From: Pseudobacteriovorax antillogorgiicola
Lineage (GTDB): Bacteria > Bdellovibrionota_B > Oligoflexia > Oligoflexales > CAIYRB01
Length of the DNA stretch: 23,946 bases
Direction: 5' to 3'
NCBI GenBank assembly: GCA_945862295.1
Contig: CAMAXT010000040.1
Span: 1-23,946, forward strand
The notes under the pieces were generated by a model that saw only the letters and a list, made by a program, of their open reading frames with translations, searched no databases and was not told where the DNA came from. Within the stretch, counting starts at the first letter, position 1. Every line of letters begins with the position of its first letter. Below, in pieces: positions 7,811-17,545 of this stretch. Position numbers and translations under genes: made by a program.

Positions 7811-10376
7811 TTTTACCGAATAATGAGGGTTTCACCTTTAGAATTTGTTCTGAAGTAACGCCGTAGACGTCCACCACAGATGCAAACGAGCGGACAGCTA
7901 CATTTAGGCTTGGCAGGTTGATCTTGGTTGCCTGTGGCAACGAGTGTTTTTTAAGGGCAGCGAATGCTGCCTCACTTAATATCGTGCCGTTCTTGCCAAT
8001 GTTTTCAGCGATTGGTTGCAGCTTTGTCATTTCCTCGAGCCTTGCAACCATATTCACGTTTGGACCGATGACTGTGTAGTCGATACAGCTGTCAGAGGAA
8101 AGGTTGCCAACAACTACATCACCATAGTGTATAGCGATACCAAAAAACATCGGCTCTTCGTTGCGTTCGCCGCGGATTTTATTTTGTAGATTGGTTTCGT
8201 TAACTAATAATGACGCTATTTCTGCGCACATATCAACCGGAGATAGGTCTGGTCCAGCTGAAGATTCTTCTATGAACAAGAAAATGCAGTCTCCAATCAG
8301 TTTTACCTGGGCCACGATCTGAGCGATGTCGACGACATTTTTGTAATAATTTTGCAACATTTGCACCATCTCTCGTGGTTCGAGGGTCGCCGAGATGCGG
8401 GAGTAACCACGAATATCAGCTTGCATCAGTGCAGCTTTGGTTGGGCGAGGGGTTAAAACGAGGGAGAGATTCTCCTGCATCGTCATCTTGTTCGAAAACT
8501 TATTAACAATCGATTGGGTAAGGAATCGAGCTAATATGTCGCTTCGCGTTTGTTCCATAAGGACTTTGTAGTCGAGAATTTTCTGGTCGACTAAAAGTTT
8601 GATGCGGTTCCATTGCTGTCCGAGCTCAAGGCGGAGGGCTTCTAGCAACTTTCTAATAAATTGTTGTTCATGGGGCAAGTAGATGACTTTGACAACGACC
8701 GATCCTAAAAAGATCTCTTTTGAAGTGATATTTAAATTAACTTCGTAATCTTTTTCTTGCTTGATGATGTTTTTTAGGTTTTTTATTGCAGGCAACTTTT
8801 TAATCTGCGTACTTTCTTTTTCGGGTGGCGAGTCATCTGCTCTCAACGTCGTATTGATGTACTCCATTGCGCTCTGCGGGTTTGCAGCTGCAACGTAGAG
8901 GCCTCTGTCGAAGTTTTCGAGTTTTAGAGCACATACGGTGAATTCTCGACTGCAGATAGTTTGGGTGATCTTTTCAATTTCAAAGATTGTATTGCATTGG
9001 GCAAGCTCGCGTCTCAGGCTGGATGAGAAGCGAATCTCTCGTGAGAACCCGTAGAACCTTAGGTAGATATCAAGGGCGACAAGAAAAATAGTCACTGTTA
9101 ACGTGTAGACAATCAGCTGAACTGGAACAGCAAACACTCCTTCATATAGAAAATAGCCACTCCATACCAAACTGCCCACAAACATTGATGCGGACAAAAT
9201 AGTTAGTAAGCGAGTGAGGGTAAAGAATGAAACAAAAATTAAAATAGATGCGGCGATGATCGGCGCAATGCTGAATTCAGGAATAGTCACTAAGCTTTCG
9301 CGCCTGATAGATTCTCCCGTAAGCATGTCGTCGATAAGGCGCGCAGCAAATTGGTATTCTTTGACTTTGTTGTCCTGTGCCTCAGACTCGCCGCCTGGGA
9401 CAGGTCGACCTGGTCCAGGAAAGCCTGACGAACTTTCAGATGCTAAAATCAGCAATTTTCCAGCCAAATTTCCTTGATAAACCCCGTCAATAATGTCGAC
9501 CATAGAGATAGTTTCTAGGTGCCGGTCACTAAAAAAATCACTGGTAAACATTTGCGGAGAAGACACACAGTGGCGAAAGCCAACTCGAATGGGATTTTCT
9601 GTCGAGACAGGAGCTTCTTCGTTGAGCCTAGGCCATGCCGCGCCGGTCGTTGTGGTAAAAGACCTACCAGATGCGTACGCAGTTGCCCATACAAATGAGG
9701 ACGGAATGACGAAGGTCCCAGCAAACTCACCGTCAGTGATATACATTTGGCTGCAATAGGAAACCGATGCGTTGCCACGACGGGATCCAAAACCAAATGC
9801 GACTTGGTTATCTAAAAACATATCGTCTTCGTTGAAATACATCGGCAGGTACGGAAGCTCTTCCGGTGGAACCTGCGCTTTCGAAAGAGCGACTCTCGGC
9901 ATCAACTCATCTTCCTGCCAGTTAGTTAGCTCTTGGTCTTTTTGTTCGAAGAGGTTGGTCCCGATGACGCGTCCATACTTCTTAATATCTTCGGCCAGGG
10001 CCGCATCCAACTGTTTAAATTTATCATCACTGAAAGCGCCCGATTTATGCAGGGCTTGAAATGAAATCAAAGAGAGAACATAGGGATGACCCATTGCCTT
10101 GGTCTTTTCGAAAAACTGCGCATACTGCTCGCGGCCGATTGGCCAGCCGTAACGGGCGATAGTTCTTTGTTCGACTTCGACTATGACGACTGAGGACGGT
10201 TGCTTGGAAGCTGGGATTTGGTTTGAAAGTAGGGTCGAATAGATTTTATCTGCAACAATTTCCCATCCGGAAAAGCCAACAATTGGCTTTTCAGTTTGAG
10301 TGACAACGGCAGGAACAGCGATTGCTAAGAAAACGCCTAGCTTAAACCAATACTTTCGCAAGAAATTTCGCATCAT
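7803..10376 (-). CDS. CHASE2 sensor domain-containing class III adenylate/guanylate cyclase
   Basis: N-terminal transmembrane segment, a periplasmic domain of about 300 aa, three clustered transmembrane helices, then a cyclase homology domain (ADIRGYSRIS...KLIGDCIFLF...FGIAIHYGDVVVGNLSSDSCIDYTVIGPNVNMVARLE). The track start at 10385 is TTG. I chose the tandem ATG ATG at 10376/10373. Confidence 0.8.
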   Translation of the reverse strand: MMRNFLRKYWFKLGVFLAIAVPAVVTQTEKPIVGFSGWEIVADKIYSTLLSNQIPASKQPSSVVIVEVEQRTIARYGWPIGREQYAQFFEKTKAMGHPYVLSLISFQALHKSGAFSDDKFKQLDAALAEDIKKYGRVIGTNLFEQKDQELTNWQEDELMPRVALSKAQVPPEELPYLPMYFNEDDMFLDNQVAFGFGSRRGNASVSYCSQMYITDGEFAGTFVIPSSFVWATAYASGRSFTTTTGAAWPRLNEEAPVSTENPIRVGFRHCVSSPQMFTSDFFSDRHLETISMVDIIDGVYQGNLAGKLLILASESSSGFPGPGRPVPGGESEAQDNKVKEYQFAARLIDDMLTGESIRRESLVTIPEFSIAPIIAASILIFVSFFTLTRLLTILSASMFVGSLVWSGYFLYEGVFAVPVQLIVYTLTVTIFLVALDIYLRFYGFSREIRFSSSLRRELAQCNTIFEIEKITQTICSREFTVCALKLENFDRGLYVAAANPQSAMEYINTTLRADDSPPEKESTQIKKLPAIKNLKNIIKQEKDYEVNLNITSKEIFLGSVVVKVIYLPHEQQFIRKLLEALRLELGQQWNRIKLLVDQKILDYKVLMEQTRSDILARFLTQSIVNKFSNKMTMQENLSLVLTPRPTKAALMQADIRGYSRISATLEPREMVQMLQNYYKNVVDIAQIVAQVKLIGDCIFLFIEESSAGPDLSPVDMCAEIASLLVNETNLQNKIRGERNEEPMFFGIAIHYGDVVVGNLSSDSCIDYTVIGPNVNMVARLEEMTKLQPIAENIGKNGTILSEAAFAALKKHSLPQATKINLPSLNVAVRSFASVVDVYGVTSEQILKVKPSLFGKIS

Positions 10377-10412
10377 TGGTCCCAAACAATCTGTGGCAGT
10401 TGCAACAAAAAA

Positions 10413-12497
10413 CTATAAATCGTCGGCTTCGGAGCTTTGACATCCCTCAGTGGTCTGACGTGATCTGTTATTAAATTCAAGTTGAATACCCATAGCACTG
10501 GCGTAGCGTTCATATGGAATACGGTTCAAGTGCAGCATTCTCTTCAGTAGGCCGTACATGAGATCTTTGAATCCAGTACTAAGTCTGCCGTTGCAGAAAT
10601 TGTGATAGCGTCCCTTCGGACTGGGGAGAACAGAAGCAAGATAAGCTGACTCGACGAGATTTAAGTCAAATGGGTGCTTGGCGAAAAAGTGCTGGGACGC
10701 GTTGGTGATGCCGTAGACGCCCGGTCCAAATTCAACGATATTCATGTAAATTTCGAGAATTCTGTTCTTGTCCAAAATTTTCTCAAGGTGCCAGGCGAGG
10801 AAGAATTCTTGAATTTTTCTTGAAATCGTCCGCTCGTTACCTAGGTACAGATTCTTGACCGTTTGCATGGTGATAGTTGATCCACCGACGGCAATTCTTT
10901 TTTCTTTGAAGTTGCGGTGAATAGCATTCTCAAGTGCAAAGAGGTCAATTCCCTTGTGCATAAAGAATGCATTATCTTCTGATGTCACGAGAGCTAGATT
11001 AACAGTCTTAGCAATTGATTCGATGGGTGTATAGTCAGACGAAAATGGATTGACGCTGACGTCGATTGGATCAGGTAAGCCTTTAACATAGCGCTGGAGC
11101 GTAAATGCTCCATTTAAATGTTCCTTTGTAAAGGAGTAGGGCGCTTTTATTACTAGGCAGTCGTAAGCGGTATCAAAGACATCAAAATAGAGATCATCTG
11201 GTTTGAGTGTGTCTAATCTAAATCTTAGACCTGCTGCCATCGATCCAGAAAGAACGAATTCGTCGAGATTTGGTGTTAACCCCTTCGGCGACGCGTCAAT
11301 GATTGCTTGGCAAGGAGTGGAGTCCATTGACACCTGGCCGTCGACTTTAAACTCTATGGGGTCCAGGCTGGTCAATGTCGCGTTTAAGTTGCCCTTAATT
11401 TCAGGAGAGTTTTTGGTATATTTGCCGGTGTTTCTCTGAGGGATTTGCAGGTTGAAAGTCGAGACTTTAATAGAACGCAGGTCACCAGATATGACGCCCT
11501 TGGCATCGGCAAGATAGCGGATATGCCCAACTGCATCAGTACTGATGGTTGGATTATTGATAACTAGGCCGTCACTTTTGATCGCTGCGCCAAAGACAAG
11601 TTCTCCTTTCGGAGTTTTGTCGAGCTGGATGTTAGCAGTAAGGTTCATTCCTTTTGTTTGACCCGTTATTTTTTTCAATCGGTCTGAGAGGAATGACGGG
11701 ATGTATTTTGCATTCGTTTTGAGTGTGAGGCTGTCCAAATCATGATTCGCCGTACCACTAAGTGACCAAAGATCCTTGCCGCCTGCTGGCTTACTTTTTC
11801 GTTTGGCAAAGAATTGAAATTGACCTTTCCTGGTCGAATACTGAAACCTTCCCTGCAAGTTTTTCTCAGATATGCCGATAGTTTTGAAAGATTCGGCTCG
11901 AAACAAGACTTTCTTAGTCAACTTATTAATGTGTAGCTTGATGCCTTTGCTGGCAAATATCGTTTTGCCAGATTCGTCAATCAGAGATACGCCGGCACTT
12001 TTGAACGTAAGGGAATTTGTTGGCAGAGACGAAAAGAAGCGATTGACGAGATTATTTACCTGCTCGGCTTGCGATTCTTTTGGTTCTTTGGAGTCCTTTT
12101 GCAACCCTTTCAGTGCTTGCGCCGCGTTTTCAGATGGTGCTTTGATGCGAATATTGTGGACGGTTAGATTTTCCAATTTGCCAAAGGTTTCGCTAAATGG
12201 ATTGATGCTGACTTCGGCATTCATTTGCGAGATCACAACATTGGCTTCAGTGCCAACGACGATATTTTCGAGTAAAGCACCGGCTGGAGTGACCCGTATA
12301 TTTTTGACATCAATGGGCATATTGAGTTTTTTAGAGGCGGTAGTGATAGCTTGATAGATTTTTCTTTTGGCGAATTTCGTTGTTTGAATCCAGCCGAACG
12401 TTAGGGCGAAAAAAGTTAAAAGAGCGACGGCAGACGCAACCAACAAGCGCTGGGGTTTATAGAAATAGATTTGCAGCCGTCGAATGAATAGTTTCAA
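10413..12497 (-). CDS. Membrane-anchored AsmA/TamB-like protein fused to a C-terminal GT51 peptidoglycan glycosyltransferase domain
   Basis: The C-terminal ~200 aa carry canonical GT51 motifs: SEDNAFFMHKGID (EDxxFxxHxGxD), GGSTITMQ (GGSTITQQ), and RKIQEFFLAWHLEKILDKNRILEIYMNIVEFGPGVYG. The N-terminal ~480 aa begin with a transmembrane anchor and a repetitive beta-rich region resembling AsmA-family N-termini; that resemblance is inference. The start is TTG 12497 with AGGA 8 nt upstream, and there is no in-frame ATG upstream. The stop lies 36 nt before the cyclase start. Confidence 0.7.
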   Translation of the reverse strand: MKLFIRRLQIYFYKPQRLLVASAVALLTFFALTFGWIQTTKFAKRKIYQAITTASKKLNMPIDVKNIRVTPAGALLENIVVGTEANVVISQMNAEVSINPFSETFGKLENLTVHNIRIKAPSENAAQALKGLQKDSKEPKESQAEQVNNLVNRFFSSLPTNSLTFKSAGVSLIDESGKTIFASKGIKLHINKLTKKVLFRAESFKTIGISEKNLQGRFQYSTRKGQFQFFAKRKSKPAGGKDLWSLSGTANHDLDSLTLKTNAKYIPSFLSDRLKKITGQTKGMNLTANIQLDKTPKGELVFGAAIKSDGLVINNPTISTDAVGHIRYLADAKGVISGDLRSIKVSTFNLQIPQRNTGKYTKNSPEIKGNLNATLTSLDPIEFKVDGQVSMDSTPCQAIIDASPKGLTPNLDEFVLSGSMAAGLRFRLDTLKPDDLYFDVFDTAYDCLVIKAPYSFTKEHLNGAFTLQRYVKGLPDPIDVSVNPFSSDYTPIESIAKTVNLALVTSEDNAFFMHKGIDLFALENAIHRNFKEKRIAVGGSTITMQTVKNLYLGNERTISRKIQEFFLAWHLEKILDKNRILEIYMNIVEFGPGVYGITNASQHFFAKHPFDLNLVESAYLASVLPSPKGRYHNFCNGRLSTGFKDLMYGLLKRMLHLNRIPYERYASAMGIQLEFNNRSRQTTEGCQSSEADDL

Positions 12498-12731
12498 ATT
12501 GCGATCCTGATTGTGGTGGTATTTCCACCGAGGAGAGCGAGGCGAAACGATGTCTTAGTATCTGATAAGTATAGCAAATTCGTATGTTTAAGAGGATTGG
12601 TGGGAAGTTTTTGCCAGGCTAACCGGATTTTTTAGTTGCGTTGGTCGAAGACGCATCGCCCTTAACAAAGCGTCCTTTTTGCTTAAAAGCTCTTTTTTCT
12701 TCGGGCTGCCAAAAAATAAGGTATTTGGGCT

Positions 12732-13166
12732 TTAGAACGGACGGAATACAGCTAACGCGACAATTATTAGTAACAGAATTGTTGGCAATTCATTCATAAC
12801 TCTAAGCATTTTGGAAGTCGGTAGTTTGCCAGTGCGCGCTTCAAATCTCGTCACGAGGGAACCGGCGTAGACAGTTAATCCAGACATGCCGATTAACATC
12901 AAAAACTTAACATGAAACCATTTGGCATCGCGAAATATGCCAGGGTTTAATGTCAGCATGCCGACACCGGCGCAGTAGGTTACGATCATTGCGGGAGTTG
13001 TAATGTACTTATATAGCCTTCGGGCCATGAGCGTCAGAAGTGCCGATATATCGGGGTTCCCGCCCTTTTCGGCTTGATAAACCAGGAGCCGGTACAGATA
13101 TAAGATGCCGCACATCCAGCTGATGAGTCCAATAAAGTGAAGCCATTTAAGAGACAAATACAGCAT
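12732..13166 (-). CDS. hemJ: Protoporphyrinogen IX oxidase HemJ (UPF0093 family)
   Basis: 144 aa with four transmembrane helices. MLYLSLKWLHFIGLISWMCGILYLYRLLVY closely matches the HemJ N-terminus (MLYLWLKALHIIAVV.WFAGLFYLPRLFVY). Starts 15 nt after the leuS stop. Confidence 0.75.
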   Translation of the reverse strand: MLYLSLKWLHFIGLISWMCGILYLYRLLVYQAEKGGNPDISALLTLMARRLYKYITTPAMIVTYCAGVGMLTLNPGIFRDAKWFHVKFLMLIGMSGLTVYAGSLVTRFEARTGKLPTSKMLRVMNELPTILLLIIVALAVFRPF

Positions 13167-13181
13167 GGACCTTGCATCCTT

Positions 13182-15629
13182 TCATTTAACAACAAAGCTG
13201 ACGATTTTTCCTGGTACAAAGATCTCTTTAACGATTTCTTTGTCTTCTAGATGTTTTTCAACACCTTCGCACTTTTTTGCAAGGGCGATGATATCGGTCT
13301 TAGCAGCTGATTTATCTACAACCAGTGTGCCGCGCAGTTTGCCATTAACCTGAATCGAAAGTGTGACGGTGTCTTCTGTGACAAGTGAGCTATCAAACTT
13401 TGGCCAAGAAACGTAAGCGAGAGTGCTTTTGTGACCGAGTTTCTCCCAGACTTCTTCTGCTAAGTGTGGTGCGTACGGTGCTAACATTAGAGTCATTGCT
13501 TCGGCGTCCGCATTGCTAATGGCCGGCTCTTTGTAGGCCGTGTTGACAAGCTCCATCATCGCAGAGATTGCAGTATTGAACTGCAAGTTCTCGGTGTCTT
13601 CGGTTACTTTCTTAATGGATTTATGTAGAAATTTTTTGAACGTGTCCGAAGACGGTGTTGAACCAATGCGGTCCTGCAAATTTCCGTGCTCATCGCAGAT
13701 CAGTTTTTGGAATCTTTTGAGAAAACGGTGGACGCCGGTGATGTTTGTTGTTTGCCATGGTTTTACCGCTTCTAAAGGACCCATAAACATTTCGTAAAGG
13801 CGCAGAGAGTCTGACCCCCAGTCTTTGATGATGTCATCTGGATTGACGACGTTGCCTCGGCTTTTCGACATCTTTTCGCCGTTTTCACCGAGAATCATGC
13901 CCTGGTTGACCAACCGTTGAAACGGTTCTTTTGTTGAGACTTCACCAAGATCAAAGAGAACTTTGTGCCAGAAGCGGGCGTATAGAAGATGTAAGACCGC
14001 GTGCTCAATACCGCCGACATATAGATCGACTGGCATCCAGTATTTTTCTTTCTCCTTCGACCAGGCAGCTTCGTTATTGCGTGGATCGATGTAGCGCAGA
14101 TAGTACCAACAAGATCCAGCCCATTGCGGCATGGTGTTGGTTTCGCGAGTCAGTTTTTTGCCGTTTCTTTCAATCTTCAACCAGTCATCGGCTTTCGCTA
14201 GAGGGGGCTCTCCGTTTCCGGTTGGCTTAAAATCTTCCATCTCAGGAAGCATGACTGGAAGCTCATGATCGTCGATGAGGACGACATTTCCATCCTTATC
14301 GTGTGCTAATGGAAATGGCTCACCCCAATACCTTTGTCTTGAGAATAACCAGTCTCTCAGTTTGTAAGTGATGGATTTTTTGCCGCAGTTATTTTTTTCA
14401 AGCCAAGCACACATCGAATCGATGGCTTTTTGTTTCTCCATCCCATCGAGGAATCCGGAGTTAACTAGTTTGCCGTCTCCAGCATGAGCAGCGACAGTGA
14501 TGTCAGCTTCTTTTCCGCCAGATAGTACGCGTTTGATCGGCAGCTTGAACTTCTTGGCAAATTCGTGGTCTCTCTCGTCGTGACCTGGAACTGCCATAAT
14601 CGCACCGGTGCCGTAGGAAATCAAAACGTAGTCCGCAATCCAAATGGGGACTTTTTCTTTGTTGACCGGATTGATGGCGTACGCACCAGTAAACACTCCG
14701 GACTTGTCTTTTGATAAAGACGTCCGCTCAAGATCAGATTTTGCGCCTGCTTGATTGATGTAGTCTTCAACAGATTTTTTTTGCGCAGCAGTAGTGATTT
14801 TATTTACCGCAATGTGCTCAGGTGAAAGAACACAAAAAGTAGCTCCAAAAAGCGTGTCTGGTCTCGTTGTGAATACTTCAAAAGTCTCTGCCGAGTTATC
14901 AATTTTGAATGTGACACTTGCGCCGATTGATTTCCCAATCCAATTGCGCTGCATCTCCTTGATGCCTTCTGGCCATGCAAGTCCCTCAAGATCTACGAGA
15001 AGGCGCTCGGCGTAGGCGGTGATTTTCAAAACCCACTGGCGCATTGGCTTTTTAATAACAGGAAAACCACCGACCTCAGATTTGCCGTCAATAACTTCTT
15101 CATTCGCTAAGACTGTGCCAAGTTCTGGACACCAGTTCACTGGTTCATAAGACTGGTATGCAAGGCCTTTTTCATACAGTCTTTTAAAAATCCATTGGGT
15201 CCAGTTGTAGTATTTGGCGTCTGTCGTATCGACTTCCCGGTCCCAGTCGTAGGAAAGACCGAGTGATTTTATTTGTTCGCGGAAACGGCCGATGTTTTTT
15301 TGCGTTCTGCTACGTGGATGCTCGCCGGTTTTTATTGCGTGCTGCTCGGCCGGCAAACCAAACGCATCCCATCCCATAGGGTGAAGGACATTAAAGCCAA
15401 GCATTCTTTTGTAACGAGCGAGGATGTCTGTTGCCGTGTAACCCTCGGGGTGTCCTACGTGCAAGCCGTCGCCAGAAGGATAGGGGAACATATCTAGAAT
15501 GTAGTACTTAGGTTTGGAAAAATCGTCTTGGGTTTTGAAGGTTTTGTGCGACTCCCAATAGGCCTGCCATTTAGCTTCAATGGAAGCAAACTTATATTCC
15601 CCGCCTGACGAATCATGAATGTCGTTCAT
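13182..15629 (-). CDS. leuS: Leucyl-tRNA synthetase
   Basis: [40 protein letters not shown] (HIGH region), the KMSKSRGN motif and the LeuRS CP1 region. About 815 aa from ATG 15629 ([22 protein letters not shown]), which has AGGAAA upstream. The track start 15674 is an N-terminal extension. Confidence 0.9.
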   Translation of the reverse strand: MNDIHDSSGGEYKFASIEAKWQAYWESHKTFKTQDDFSKPKYYILDMFPYPSGDGLHVGHPEGYTATDILARYKRMLGFNVLHPMGWDAFGLPAEQHAIKTGEHPRSRTQKNIGRFREQIKSLGLSYDWDREVDTTDAKYYNWTQWIFKRLYEKGLAYQSYEPVNWCPELGTVLANEEVIDGKSEVGGFPVIKKPMRQWVLKITAYAERLLVDLEGLAWPEGIKEMQRNWIGKSIGASVTFKIDNSAETFEVFTTRPDTLFGATFCVLSPEHIAVNKITTAAQKKSVEDYINQAGAKSDLERTSLSKDKSGVFTGAYAINPVNKEKVPIWIADYVLISYGTGAIMAVPGHDERDHEFAKKFKLPIKRVLSGGKEADITVAAHAGDGKLVNSGFLDGMEKQKAIDSMCAWLEKNNCGKKSITYKLRDWLFSRQRYWGEPFPLAHDKDGNVVLIDDHELPVMLPEMEDFKPTGNGEPPLAKADDWLKIERNGKKLTRETNTMPQWAGSCWYYLRYIDPRNNEAAWSKEKEKYWMPVDLYVGGIEHAVLHLLYARFWHKVLFDLGEVSTKEPFQRLVNQGMILGENGEKMSKSRGNVVNPDDIIKDWGSDSLRLYEMFMGPLEAVKPWQTTNITGVHRFLKRFQKLICDEHGNLQDRIGSTPSSDTFKKFLHKSIKKVTEDTENLQFNTAISAMMELVNTAYKEPAISNADAEAMTLMLAPYAPHLAEEVWEKLGHKSTLAYVSWPKFDSSLVTEDTVTLSIQVNGKLRGTLVVDKSAAKTDIIALAKKCEGVEKHLEDKEIVKEIFVPGKIVSFVVK

Positions 15630-15788
15630 CCCTATTTCCTTGCACTTTTTTTGTACATTATCTTGGCATGGCATGATCCGATAAGTTACCGTAAAAAAAT
15701 GAAAAAACCAACGTATCGACGCCTCTTGTCAGACGTATATACCCAGAGCAGCATTTGTTGAATAAAACTAGGATTAACGCGCGCCTTC

Positions 15789-15808
15789 AGTTATTCTTTT
15801 CAATAACT
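15789..15808. promoter_or_regulatory. Perfect 7-bp inverted repeat AGTTATT-cttttc-AATAACT upstream of the cytochrome-porin gene
   Basis: Lies 38-56 bp upstream of the candidate starts. A second palindrome, TGACTgAGTCA, sits at 15826-15836. Confidence 0.3.
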
Positions 15809-15845
15809 ACAAGACCTTACGGAATTGACTGAGTCACATGTATTC

Positions 15846-17390
15846 ATGCGTGGAGGGCATAAAGTGCTGCACTACAATTTTCTAGCAAGTCATTTACGCT
15901 TGTTGGTTCTTAGTGCCTTTATGTTGAGTGCTTGGGGAACAGATTCCTCCGACGCTCAAGCAGAACCTTGGCTTTCGACAAGGTACGCGCAAAATTGTTC
16001 TGGCTGTCATGCACCGGGTAGAAAAAATCTTAAACCGGTAGACCGTCGCTGCACGCTCTCTTGTCAAGGTTGTCACGTTAATCCAAACGGTGGTGGTTTA
16101 CGTAGCGGGTACGGTAAATGGAATGAAGAGCGGTGGTTGCGGACATTTCGCAGCGATGCTTTGAAAAACCCGTCGTCATTTGCGCCGATTACACGCCAGC
16201 TATACGGTCGCGGAGCTAAAGACACCACAAAAGGCAAGAAGAACGCCAAAAAACCGGTAAAACGCCCTGCGAATCCCGGTCGAAAAGGATTTCCTTTAGT
16301 GGAGATCACCAATCAATCGATGCCAGAGCATCTCTATAAAAGAGACGGGCTAGAGTTTGAGGTCGTAGACCGCGAAGAATTTCTTTATCAGATCCCGCAA
16401 GGGGATCCATACCGTCTTCTCGAAGAATCGAAAGTCGATGCAGGTGGTGATGTTCGCCAGCAATTTACAAATTACACCATTAATGACGGCAACCCAGACA
16501 CAAAAGATGACCCGAAGTGGCGACGCTTTCTAATGAGTGTTGATTTTAGTTTGCGGTGGCGACCGCTGTATCGCAACATTCACCTAGTTTACGAATCTAG
16601 GATGCTGGGTTCCCCTGCTGATGATGCGAAATATGAAGATACACTGAAGCAGTCGCTCACAAGGAGTCTCTATCTGATGGTTGACGATCTTCCTTACAAT
16701 GTATTTGTCATGGGCGGTTATTATCGTCCACTCTTTGGCAACTACATTCCTGATCATTACGCGATTTCCCAAGAAATGACGACGTACGCAATGACAGGAT
16801 CAACTAAAAACTATGGTATCGTTTACAGCGCCGTGTCAGTCGGAACAGCGCCGAATGTGCCCTACCTAAACCTACATCTTATTCAAAAAAATGTTAACGA
16901 TCCAAAAGATCGAACCAAAGGTTTCGCGCTCAATACCGGCTTAAGATTCGTCTCTTTTGGTGGCTCTTTTAACTACTCATATTGGAGTACAAAAGATGAG
17001 CGGCTCGATAGAGTTGCTGCCGTCCAGATGCATTCGGTGAATGCCGCGGCGAAGCTTTGGCGTGTAGTTACAAGTATTGAGGCAGTCAGTTTAGCTCGCG
17101 ATGTTGACACGGAGGATTTCCGCCAAGGTGGCGTTTGGATGTTGGATACTTACACACAGATCTGGCGAGAAAATTATTTTACCTTCGCATATTCGACAGC
17201 AAATACGACGCGCGATCTGATGCCAGGGAAAACCAATCAACTAAAAACAGGAATAAAATCTTTTATCATTCCTGGTGTCGAATTTAATGTTTCTGTGGAT
17301 TCAAGAAACGAAATACTCGAACAAAAGACTGGGCCGGCAAAAAATACGAAGTTGAGTGGCTATTCGGGACAGATGCATGTCTACTTCTGA
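15846..17390 (+). CDS. Fused di-heme c-type cytochrome / outer-membrane beta-barrel (Cyc2-like architecture)
   Basis: A signal peptide is followed by two CXXCH motifs: NCSGCH and, 17 residues later, CQGCH. The next ~430 aa show amphipathic beta-strand periodicity with Y/W/F girdles and a terminal ...GQMHVYF aromatic. The start is uncertain: ATG 15846, or GTG 15864 which has GGAGGG 6 nt upstream. Confidence 0.6.
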   Translation: MRGGHKVLHYNFLASHLRLLVLSAFMLSAWGTDSSDAQAEPWLSTRYAQNCSGCHAPGRKNLKPVDRRCTLSCQGCHVNPNGGGLRSGYGKWNEERWLRTFRSDALKNPSSFAPITRQLYGRGAKDTTKGKKNAKKPVKRPANPGRKGFPLVEITNQSMPEHLYKRDGLEFEVVDREEFLYQIPQGDPYRLLEESKVDAGGDVRQQFTNYTINDGNPDTKDDPKWRRFLMSVDFSLRWRPLYRNIHLVYESRMLGSPADDAKYEDTLKQSLTRSLYLMVDDLPYNVFVMGGYYRPLFGNYIPDHYAISQEMTTYAMTGSTKNYGIVYSAVSVGTAPNVPYLNLHLIQKNVNDPKDRTKGFALNTGLRFVSFGGSFNYSYWSTKDERLDRVAAVQMHSVNAAAKLWRVVTSIEAVSLARDVDTEDFRQGGVWMLDTYTQIWRENYFTFAYSTANTTRDLMPGKTNQLKTGIKSFIIPGVEFNVSVDSRNEILEQKTGPAKNTKLSGYSGQMHVYF

Positions 17391-17545
17391 TATGAATAGC
17401 TAAATGTTATTTTTTTAAGAACAATAAAATCGAGACTTTCCACAATCATTACCCTATGAGCGGGCCTATTTTGTTTGCTAACCCACAGTAAACATTAAGT
17501 ATATCTAGCTTAGCGCCGATTCCTTAAGAGCATGAGGAGGCGACT

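Noticed and set aside
7803-10376. Pycsar/CBASS-like antiphage cyclase
   Set aside because: The cyclase has a CHASE2 periplasmic sensor and multi-transmembrane architecture typical of signalling cyclases, is 860 aa, and has no adjacent effector (TIR, transmembrane or nuclease). It is co-oriented with a cell-wall enzyme instead.
11872-12354. 160-aa plus-strand ORF antisense to the GT51 fusion gene, and similar antisense ORFs at 9214-10059, 13540-14230 and 20437-21525
   Set aside because: All lie fully inside strongly supported genes on the opposite strand or in another frame, with no independent signals. Treated as spurious.
12640-12680. Hairpin gacgc-N15-gcgtc followed by cttttt as a hemJ terminator
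   Set aside because: The T-run follows the stem only on the plus strand, where no gene ends. On the minus strand (hemJ direction) there is no U-tract after the stem.
645-17519. Recurring TGCCGATT / AATCGGCA 8-mer in four intergenic regions (645, 6075, 6376, 17512)
   Set aside because: The 7-mer core also occurs inside coding sequence (e.g. about 16185), and the expected chance count in 24 kb on both strands is about 1-3. This is not convincingly enriched.
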